This document shows positions 19,801 to 27,094 of a stretch of DNA of 64,000 bases, piece after piece; the stretch's first letter is position 1; the number at the start of each line of letters is the position of its first letter. A model generated the notes under the pieces. It searched no databases and was not told where the DNA came from. It worked only from the letters and a program-made list of their open reading frames with translations. The position numbers and the translations under genes are program-made. This DNA is from Candidatus Poribacteria bacterium (lineage in GTDB: Bacteria; Poribacteria; WGA-4E; PCPOR2b), in assembly GCA_965208675.1 (NCBI GenBank), contig OZ242351.1, positions 1,920,001 through 1,984,000 on the forward strand, in the 5' to 3' direction.

Positions 19801-20802
19801 AAGAAATTCAAGTCCGAGGAGGACGTTGAGAACGCGCTAAGCGTTTTCCTTCAAGGAGTCAGAATTGCCATCGACCAGAAGGACGATTCGGGACTCAAGC
19901 CGGGGTCCGCGGTGTTGATTGACTCTTCGCGATTACTCGTCTACGGCGAGCCGCACATTCACGCGAAAGTAAAGATGTTGCTCAAAGCGTTGCGCGACAA
20001 TCAACTTGACATCATGGGGACGGCTGCGCGAAACCTCTCAAACAAGGAGCGCGCATCACTGAAAGCCCTGCAGCAACTAACGGCGAAACGTTGGGAAATG
20101 GGGGCTAAGGATCGAGAAGAAGCGGCAGTAAAAGGTGCGCGTGAGCACGTTGAAAACTGCATGGACGACACGCCTTGGCAGTTGCTTGCTGAAGCGGTTC
20201 GGAGTAGTGTTGACCTTGAAGCACTCACCATACTCCAATCTGCATGGGACAATCCGCGCATCGGAGAGATAGATTCGGAGCTTTTGGCTCGAGCTGCTTG
20301 GTGTATCGGCATGGCAGCGAGAGCAATTCCCGAGGATGCCGAACTCACAACTCTTGCTGAAAATTCCGTCTCCACGGTTAAGGCTATGAAATTGTGGAAG
20401 CCAAAGGATGATGTGGACTACGATGATCTCACGCCTTTATACGCGGCGTTGCTGCTTCGAGACGGAGGCGCACGAAACAGCCAAGTTGATGACGCGGTAA
20501 AGTCGCTAGTGAAGTCAGACGATAGTTCTTGGGATGGGACGACGCGCCTCATCGCCCAAGGTTGGCTTTCCGCTTCGCCGGAAGTAGATCGCATGTTATC
20601 GAATGCAATCGCGGCACATAAAATTAACGGCGACAATAACGTTCTTTTGACTAGCCTGCTTGCAAAACGCCGCGGCGGGCAGTTGTGGCAGACCTTCCGC
20701 GAGGAGATGCCAAACATCGTTGGAAAACAGCGGTTGAACGGTCATTTAGTGGTTCTCGTCAATCGGCTAGAGGCAGGGCCGTTGGCATTTATGTCGAAAT
20801 GA
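16825..20802 (+). CDS. Large secreted VIT-VWA protein with C-terminal STN/secretin-N-like domains
   Basis: Signal peptide AFA-Q; VIT domain (ARVTVTQTFDNP..EAAYVFPLP, LLEQERPNIF); MIDAS DASGSM and LTDG; LMSQYTSFVAVD. Confidence 0.88.
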   Translation: MTGLNTLMAISLLGGIAFAQTPQPIDPMEEDVTQGALRVNTDEGIVECPLKHTDVSASISGFIARVTVTQTFDNPFDENIEAAYVFPLPHTAAVDDMTMVIGERRIVGIIKRRDEARAMYDQAVKRGSTASLLEQERPNIFTQSVGNIKPGKEIHIEISYVDVLNYDMGTYEFHFPMVVGPRFIPGAPISKKPELPSELKGKVGEIEESETLTEEGHPSGTGWSPDTTRVTDASRITPPTLKPGYRTGHDISLSVTLEAGVPIGDIKIVNHEATLKRMGASSATAEISPSDSIPNKDFVMKYTVAGEKSEMAVLAHSKGTDQGYFMLMIQPKLHAELAQAPPRDLVFLVDASGSMSGEPLDKVKEAMRHFFRLSKPNDTVQVITFANRAENLFEKPVPATQDNVKRALKFTQQIQASGGTEMLTGIQKVLNEPADSERVRIVVMLTDGQIGNEAEIIEEVGKHAGDQIRFWTIGIGSSPNRFLIDGVAKQGGGMSGVLELNTDPKELVSRIVHRIHRAQLANIRIDWNDLSVYEVFPRRIPELWTGSPVILFGRYANGGKTQLELSGAAEGKPLSYSLDVTLPNVNPEHGVLSTVWARKKIEDISAQMYYADTPEVREEIKQVAITYRLMSQYTSFVAVDESEVQLASAQAKPPRQVAVPVPIPAGVDFEGVFGNRHSVRIEVDDDFDLVNRKVLRKPKPSAPMRVSSSDTTMVSNQAHRMNYSAQPNRRSVVRRKILRQVKPTLPTSALKSEEPRGLAMMKSTIGETSKFQQEAQIPTLRSSDTLYERPRLRSDGIQGIARALFAQWAMQRHEGVQEAFAEAEELRKRGKLEAARLRYQHVLGLLAGIEDEDEIYPAATKAIFSITEEIGRNRAGTHSRLNRKLDLVIRHQPLGNAICTVAKASGFELDLIVGSLEDVGELLNSTELRVTYLDLRNATVIQALDWLLAPYHLTWQMKGADTITVGTSRRLQTPSAWGYEVADLAIPSEKEFKKFKSEEDVENALSVFLQGVRIAIDQKDDSGLKPGSAVLIDSSRLLVYGEPHIHAKVKMLLKALRDNQLDIMGTAARNLSNKERASLKALQQLTAKRWEMGAKDREEAAVKGAREHVENCMDDTPWQLLAEAVRSSVDLEALTILQSAWDNPRIGEIDSELLARAAWCIGMAARAIPEDAELTTLAENSVSTVKAMKLWKPKDDVDYDDLTPLYAALLLRDGGARNSQVDDAVKSLVKSDDSSWDGTTRLIAQGWLSASPEVDRMLSNAIAAHKINGDNNVLLTSLLAKRRGGQLWQTFREEMPNIVGKQRLNGHLVVLVNRLEAGPLAFMSK

Positions 20803-20893
20803 CTGAACTATTGGATTGGACTGGTTCTGAATTTCGAAAATTTTGCACTTACCTAGGATGCCATCCTTGAAGTGTGAGTGCTCAATGCAAATG

Positions 20894-20929
20894 GAAAAGC
20901 CCTGCTGGGGAATTCAACAGGGCTTTTTC
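20894..20929 (+). terminator. Intrinsic terminator after the VIT-VWA gene
   Basis: AAAAGCCCTG-loop-CAGGGCTTTTT. Confidence 0.7.
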
Positions 20930-20985
20930 TAATGCATTGCGAATTGTAACCCAGCATAACCGTTCTCACATCAAAAGGACTTGTC

Positions 20986-21408
20986 GTGAAAAGAACCCGC
21001 TCCCAAATGCCGCAACAGATCTTGCCGTTAGTCGTCTTACTCAGCCTATCGCACTGCATCGGTTGCATGAACGTCATTGACAAAATCCTTGACGGCGGAG
21101 ATGAGGGATGGACTATTGTCGATATGCCTGTCAGAGATGTTTCGGTGCGTGTCGCTGAGAGTCAACCCGTCCAAGTCACCGTTGAGGTTATCGGGTACCT
21201 GCCGGACGGTTGTACAACGCGTCATGAGACGCATCACTCAAGGGAAGGGAACACTGTTACCATTCGGATGACAATGAAACGCAGTGAGGATAAGATATGC
21301 ACGAAGGTCGTGACAGATATTCGAGAGCAAATTTATATCGGGACGTTTGCGCCCGGCAATTACCACCTCATCGTTAACGGCGTGAAAAAGAAATTCCGCA
21401 TTGACTAA
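20986..21408 (+). CDS. Putative small lipoprotein with a beta-rich domain
   Basis: Hydrophobic N-terminus with CIGC; GYLPDGC..C..PGNYHLIVNG pattern. Confidence 0.7.
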   Translation: MKRTRSQMPQQILPLVVLLSLSHCIGCMNVIDKILDGGDEGWTIVDMPVRDVSVRVAESQPVQVTVEVIGYLPDGCTTRHETHHSREGNTVTIRMTMKRSEDKICTKVVTDIREQIYIGTFAPGNYHLIVNGVKKKFRID

Positions 21409-21445
21409 TCTTGCGCCTTCCCAGCTCTACTTGTCCTACCTAAAA

Positions 21446-24040
21446 CTAAAACAACGTCCGATATAGAACCTTGATGTTACGCCCCGGCTCCGGCATCACC
21501 GATTTAATTCTCGATAGGTGTTGACGGTATTCAGTATTGAATATATTCTCGACAGTGGTTACCAACTGATGTTGAAGATGCCACATTGAGAACACTACCT
21601 GCAAACCGGCGTCGTACACGAGGTACCCATCTGTCTTTTCTTCAAATTCGCCGAGCCGCTGCTGGTCATCCGAAAACCGCGCTGTCAAATGCAAATTTAA
21701 CGGTAGGGTAACGTATCGCAATGCCACTCGTCCGTTGAGCGGCGGGATGCGTTCGAGCGGCAACCCGCTTGCCGCCAATGACCCTTTGACGTAACTCAAG
21801 TGCGACTCTACATGAATTCGCGGGAAAATTGCGCCGCCAATACCGATCTCGGCGCCGTCGAGGATAGCGTCTTGCCCCTGGTATTGATATATCCACAGCC
21901 ATCCCGCTGCGCCGCTACCCCATTCCTTTTCCCCGGTTTGGGTCGGACTCAGATAGCCGTAAATCTGGTTGCGAAAAACGGCGAGATTGAGCTTCATTCG
22001 GTTGCCTGAATAACGCAGAAATGCCTCCGTACCGAAGCCATCCTCCGAACCGAGTTCAGCGTTGCCGATTTCATATGAAAATACTGCGAGATGCGGACCG
22101 TCTGAAAAGAGCTCTTCGATTCCCGGCGTGCGGAATGTCCTCATGAAGGTGGCGCCCAACCCCAAGTTTTCGTTCCATTGATAGATGCTTGAGACAGCGC
22201 CAGACACGCCTCCGAAGTCACGCCGCTCGACCTTTCCTGCACGTATTTCAACACCGTCGACAAACGGCTCAACCCTTTTGGTGTCGTAACGAAGCGCTGC
22301 CTGTAGCGTGAAGTCGTTGTATCGTTTCTGTTTGAAAAAGAACCCCGCCAAAGATATCTCCCGCGTGTGGGGTGTCCAGTAAAACCCACCCGTCGCATGG
22401 TCGCGATACTCGGTCCAGATCCCTGCAACTGCATCGCCGCGCAAGTGCAGCAGTGCGGTTGTGTTGTACGTCAACAAACCGAACTCCACGCCGAGCGTAT
22501 TGTTGGACTCATACTCTTGATGTTGATAGCGCGCATAGGTCGAATACAGCTTAACTTTTTCGAGAAACGATTCCTCAAACGCGTATTCCAGATTGCCCTC
22601 ATACCGTTGGCGATCGAGGTCAATCGTAACGCCATTGATGTGGCCTTCGGGCGAGCCGGGGATTCCATAGTCTGAACGGTAGCGACCGCCTGAAAGCCCA
22701 ATGTGCCCCCAATCTTTTACCACTGAAGCACCCGTTGAAAAATTGGTGTTTGATAATGAGGTGTTTTCTAGTATACCGACCGGTGTGTGAATATCGCCGG
22801 CGCGGCGGCGGTTCAGCTCTAACCGCCACGCGAGGTTGCCGACCGGAATCGTCACTCCTGTTGTCCCGGTCAGCCCTGAGTTGACCGATTCACTCTGAAA
22901 CGTGAAGTTCATCGTCGGCTGGTTGGGGAGAGTTTGCGGGATGGTCTCGCGTTTGACATTGACGACGCCTCCGAGTGTGCTTGAACCGTAAAGCAGCGAC
23001 GCCGGACCGCGCGTGATTTCAATCCTTGCCGCCGTAGTTGGGTCAATCGCAACCGCATGGTCAGCAGACGATGCCGATTTATCGCCTGAACGTCCGCCGT
23101 CTTCTAGGATAAGCAGACGGCCGCCTCCCATGCCTCGAACGACCGGACGTGCTGCCGATCGCCCCATCGTCCGCTGGGCGATACCCAACTCTCCACTAAG
23201 GGTCTCGGCAATCGTTGCGCCCATTTGTTGATTTAGTTTCTTATCGGAGAGTTTGAGGTCGGTTGTTTTCTCAAACTTAGCGAGTTCGTCATCGTCAGGT
23301 GTGACAATGATTTCACCGAGTTGGACTGTGCTGGGCTTTAATTTTACGTCCAGCATTATCGGATCCGCATTGACAGCAATTTTCTGATTTAATACTTCAT
23401 AGCCAACGCACATGAATTGCAGCGCATGTGTTCCCAACACAATTTGACCAAACTGAAACCGCCCAGTTTCATCAGTTCGAGACTGAATAGTCCTCCCCGC
23501 AGCAACAAGCGTAACCTCGACTTCAGCGATTGGATTCTCTGTCTCCGCATCAATCACTTCTCCTGAAACGGAAACGGTGCGGGACAGCGAAACTGCGTCT
23601 GCGCCATGCGTAAAAAGTATGGCAAGCAGGGAAAATATGACGAGTTTAGATTGAGTGAATTCTTCAACAATTCGATGGCAGAGGCGGTGATTGATTAGGT
23701 GAACAACGGCGAGCAGAAGTCCGCCCAAAGCCATAAAAATGACCTCGGTTCCCTCTGAAGCGTAAAATCGTGCGATAAAGATTAGAAATAATGCACTACC
23801 GAGCATTAGAAACACTCGCCATTTTCGGTGGTTTCTATAGCCCCATGTGAAACTGCCCACAGCAACTCCCACTGCGCCGAATACCAACGCCAACTCCGCT
23901 GACTCGCTGACAATAAACCCAAGCCCAATCAGCGGCAATACGGTCATCAAGAGCTGGGCTGCCATACAGTGGACGGCACAAGCAAACGATAAGCATGCGC
24001 CTACATTGTCCACGACTGCGTGATTCAGATATCTATTCAA
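21446..24040 (-). CDS. MerC domain fused in frame to a TonB-dependent receptor
   Basis: Residues 1-120 are MerC (SFACAVHC, 4 TM), followed by a signal-like segment, a carboxypeptidase-regulatory-like domain, plug (RPVVRG, RGPASLLYGS) and barrel end NIFNTEY..PGRN..F. Confidence 0.85.
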   Translation of the reverse strand: MNRYLNHAVVDNVGACLSFACAVHCMAAQLLMTVLPLIGLGFIVSESAELALVFGAVGVAVGSFTWGYRNHRKWRVFLMLGSALFLIFIARFYASEGTEVIFMALGGLLLAVVHLINHRLCHRIVEEFTQSKLVIFSLLAILFTHGADAVSLSRTVSVSGEVIDAETENPIAEVEVTLVAAGRTIQSRTDETGRFQFGQIVLGTHALQFMCVGYEVLNQKIAVNADPIMLDVKLKPSTVQLGEIIVTPDDDELAKFEKTTDLKLSDKKLNQQMGATIAETLSGELGIAQRTMGRSAARPVVRGMGGGRLLILEDGGRSGDKSASSADHAVAIDPTTAARIEITRGPASLLYGSSTLGGVVNVKRETIPQTLPNQPTMNFTFQSESVNSGLTGTTGVTIPVGNLAWRLELNRRRAGDIHTPVGILENTSLSNTNFSTGASVVKDWGHIGLSGGRYRSDYGIPGSPEGHINGVTIDLDRQRYEGNLEYAFEESFLEKVKLYSTYARYQHQEYESNNTLGVEFGLLTYNTTALLHLRGDAVAGIWTEYRDHATGGFYWTPHTREISLAGFFFKQKRYNDFTLQAALRYDTKRVEPFVDGVEIRAGKVERRDFGGVSGAVSSIYQWNENLGLGATFMRTFRTPGIEELFSDGPHLAVFSYEIGNAELGSEDGFGTEAFLRYSGNRMKLNLAVFRNQIYGYLSPTQTGEKEWGSGAAGWLWIYQYQGQDAILDGAEIGIGGAIFPRIHVESHLSYVKGSLAASGLPLERIPPLNGRVALRYVTLPLNLHLTARFSDDQQRLGEFEEKTDGYLVYDAGLQVVFSMWHLQHQLVTTVENIFNTEYRQHLSRIKSVMPEPGRNIKVLYRTLF

Positions 24041-24157
24041 TTATTGGCTCCTAACGTCATTCGTTACTGTTACCGGTATCGGCTTTGCCGGTCCGGCGTG
24101 CCAAATCCGGATTCATCGTTGGATTTGGCACGCTGACAGGCAAACCAAAGTTTTCGG

Positions 24158-24817
24158 TTACGGCGTAACCGTCACGGGAATCAAGAGCGCCGCCGTGAAA
24201 TCGGGGTGGTCGCCGTGCATGAGTTGGAGCTTGATTTCCGTTTGACCGGCTTTAAGCCCCGCCACCTCAAAGGTGAATTGCTCGGCAAGCTCATCGCCGT
24301 GATCATCATGATCATCGTCCTCATCGTGATCGTCATGTTCGTCGTGTTCATCGTCCTCATCGTGATCGTCCTCATCGTGATCATCGTGATCATCATGATC
24401 GTCGTGATCGTCGTGATCGTCGTGGTAAAGGTGTACCTCAATGATAGATGAATCATATCCGCTGAGCGCTAAAGCAAACACCTCTTCCTCGCCATGTTCA
24501 TGGTCGTGGTCGTGGTCGTCTTCCTCTTCCTCTTCCGGATTCTCAGGAAAAAATTCATGGCTGTCGTGGTCAAGGAACGCCGTCAGTACGTCGAGTTCCT
24601 CTCCGACTTTGAGCGTGATACCTCCCGTGTGCGCCCCTTCAAATTGACGGTATATCTCGTTCCCGTCAACCTTGAGCACAAAACCGTCCGCATCGGCATG
24701 AAAGGGTTCATCGTCATGGCCATCTTCGACAATAGGATTGTCGTCTTCGCCGCAAGCAGCGAAAAGTGCAACAGATACGAGTAACAAAAACGTAAAACGT
24801 AAAACAGGTGTAAACAT
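24158..24817 (-). CDS. His/Asp-rich putative metal-binding lipoprotein (copy 1)
   Basis: SD GGAGG before ATG 24817; lipobox FAAC; long (HDD)n tract. Confidence 0.88.
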   Translation of the reverse strand: MFTPVLRFTFLLLVSVALFAACGEDDNPIVEDGHDDEPFHADADGFVLKVDGNEIYRQFEGAHTGGITLKVGEELDVLTAFLDHDSHEFFPENPEEEEEDDHDHDHEHGEEEVFALALSGYDSSIIEVHLYHDDHDDHDDHDDHDDHDEDDHDEDDEHDEHDDHDEDDDHDDHGDELAEQFTFEVAGLKAGQTEIKLQLMHGDHPDFTAALLIPVTVTP

Positions 24818-24976
24818 TATTACCTCCAGATATAGATAGGCTGTATTTCCCGGCATCACGACTGGTGATACCACGAAAAATAGGCAGACTACCGCCGAGA
24901 CTGTATACAACTCAGCCGGGAAAGACAGATAATGATATGGTCAAATAAAACAGAGATTATGAGAACAACGAGCAGT

Positions 24977-25285
24977 TTAAACGGGGATAGTCGGCGGGGC
25001 ACGACTCCGGACACCCTTGTCAAGAATCGTGGAAATGAAATGTAATTTGATGATGGGTCTGTGAATTGAGATGCAGGTATTAAGATTGTTGACGTCAACG
25101 GCTTTAAGCTCTATGCCGACGTGGTTGGCATTGAAGAAACAAGCGGAGCAGTGTTCTGAACAGCAATCGACGTGCTCATGGTCGTGGGTAAGTGCAACAA
25201 GGTTTACCGTTATCAGATAATAAACGATTCCAATCGCTATTACCCAAGCCACGCTGTTCGGATTTATTCTAATCTTCCGCAACAC
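24977..25285 (-). CDS. DUF2946-like leader protein with CxxC and RAPP (copy 1)
   Basis: TM segment, HDHEH, CSAC, C-terminal RSRAPP; SD GAGGAG. Confidence 0.82.
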   Translation of the reverse strand: MLRKIRINPNSVAWVIAIGIVYYLITVNLVALTHDHEHVDCCSEHCSACFFNANHVGIELKAVDVNNLNTCISIHRPIIKLHFISTILDKGVRSRAPPTIPV

Positions 25286-25540
25286 TCCTCACCTCATTCA
25301 AACGTCCAAAAATTCGCAAACACAAAGCAGTATGCTATCACAAGCAGATTAGCATTGTCAAATTTATTTGTTTCAAAAATCGAACCCAGTGGGTATCATA
25401 CCCAGTTCATCACACTGATTGCGCTAATAAAATTGATGATAATTCCGACATCGGCAATAAAGTTCAGATTGAATGATTTCTGTCCTGTCTCTCCTAAAAA
25501 ACAGTACTATTTCCAATTTGGATTTAGCCTGCGCTTTGGC

Positions 25541-26830
25541 TTATTGGGGGTGCCTTTCGCTCCCGATAGTGTGGACGATCAGGTTAACACCCCATTCTAA
25601 CCACTTTTCATTCTCAGAATTTTCTCCCCACTTTAATCCAATCCCAGCGGCGTCGTAGTATACAGCGGTTCGTCCATTGAGTCTAAGCGCATAAAATTCG
25701 CCGCGCTTTTTGGCGACGCGCGGCACACCCTTCTTAAATTCAAAAAAGCTGCGGCAGACCGCATCCTTTCGATTAATCGGCACGAAATGTGCTGTTTGAC
25801 CGACAATCTTCCAGACCTCGAAGCGAATGGAGTTTGCCACCGGCCCATCAATCCCCCATGCGGTGGATATGTCCGAAAAAAGGAGCGTTCCGCCGCTCTG
25901 CAGGTAGGCTCGCAGATTCGCACGCTCCGTTTCGGAGAATGTAAACGCATCTCGTGCAGCGACGTAGATCAGTGGAATTTGGAGAATATCGGGGGAAGCG
26001 AGCGGCATCGTCTCAGGCAAAAGCTGCGTCCGTACCTTCGTCCATCTATTCATCGCATACACCAAGCGGTTCAAAGCTTGGGCACGAATGGCATCTGCCG
26101 CGTCCTCGTATTGGACAACCACGATATTGTAATACCCTGTAATCTCACGTCCGGTACCGCGTACCTCCACCTGAACCGCGGTTCCCGCGTTACTTTGAAT
26201 TTTGTCAAGGATGCCGGCGGCACGGCTTGGCGCAATTACCTTTCCCTCCGAAGCCATTCGTCCAACTATCGGCAAACTGCTCACTGACAAGTTGGGTTGG
26301 GAAACCGCATCCGCACTCAGCTCAACGTTCGTTTGGAATTCGGTTTCCGCCACCGGATTCAAGCTTACCCGAGCGGGGGAGTGCACGACTGTTGCTGATT
26401 GCGTTGCCTGGGGCCCCGTGCGAAGCGGCACCGCAGCAACACGCCGGGTAATTGGGCTCTTTCGATCCATGTCAACCGCGGCAATCTGCCGGGGTGGCCG
26501 TTTTCGGCGTTTGAGCGGCGATGGGTTCGGCAACGGCACAACAGCAACTTGTATGGCAGACTCCGCAATTGGGTGCGGAGTAGGCAACATCGCCACCCAT
26601 AAAAGGATAAAGGCGTTCAGCACAAGTGATAACAGCCACGCTGTTGCGGCGATTTTCCTCCGACGGGCGACCGTAGATAAGCGAGGCGCGGCTAATACTT
26701 CCTTTTTACGTCCGGCAGTGAACTCGGGGCGTGCCGGAAGCGATTCGAAATTTCGGTGCACCTTACGGCGTCTACGCTTTGCCCGAGTGTAATTCAAGCG
26801 AGCAACTTGCCGATAACGTGAGTGATACAT
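25541..26830 (-). CDS. Membrane-anchored DUF4159-like domain protein
   Basis: TM, Pro/Ala-rich linker, then PLIY..FSETERANLRAYLQSGGTLLFSD..GVNL. Confidence 0.75.
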   Translation of the reverse strand: MYHSRYRQVARLNYTRAKRRRRKVHRNFESLPARPEFTAGRKKEVLAAPRLSTVARRRKIAATAWLLSLVLNAFILLWVAMLPTPHPIAESAIQVAVVPLPNPSPLKRRKRPPRQIAAVDMDRKSPITRRVAAVPLRTGPQATQSATVVHSPARVSLNPVAETEFQTNVELSADAVSQPNLSVSSLPIVGRMASEGKVIAPSRAAGILDKIQSNAGTAVQVEVRGTGREITGYYNIVVVQYEDAADAIRAQALNRLVYAMNRWTKVRTQLLPETMPLASPDILQIPLIYVAARDAFTFSETERANLRAYLQSGGTLLFSDISTAWGIDGPVANSIRFEVWKIVGQTAHFVPINRKDAVCRSFFEFKKGVPRVAKKRGEFYALRLNGRTAVYYDAAGIGLKWGENSENEKWLEWGVNLIVHTIGSERHPQ

Positions 26831-27094
26831 AGGCGAAATCCAAAGACGTTACTGTTTCTCGGTTTCCGGACATGAGAAGACCGTCAAATTAGATACGAAC
26901 AGATGTATTTTTCAGCCGCAGGGTAGGTAATCGCGTCCCGAGAATTGGGTGGGAAGACATCACGCCTGCAAACATCGTCAAGACTCTTCTGCAGCAGAAT
27001 TAAGCATGTTCCCTGAGAAACAGATTGACAAGGAATCTGCTTTCACGCCACAGATTCTGCGTGCGTCAATCTTATCGGCAAAAAGTACAAGACC

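Larger units (their letters stand above)
23677..25410 (-). repeat. Copy 1 of a ~1.7 kb direct repeat (promoter, RAPP leader, His/Asp lipoprotein, merC)
   Basis: Colinear high nucleotide similarity with 47632-49335, including intergenic DNA. Confidence 0.93.

Noticed and set aside
24181-24456. Thr/Met/Ile-rich and Val/Ile-rich ORFs, also at 48161-48379
   Set aside because: Alternative-frame shadows of the His/Asp repeat
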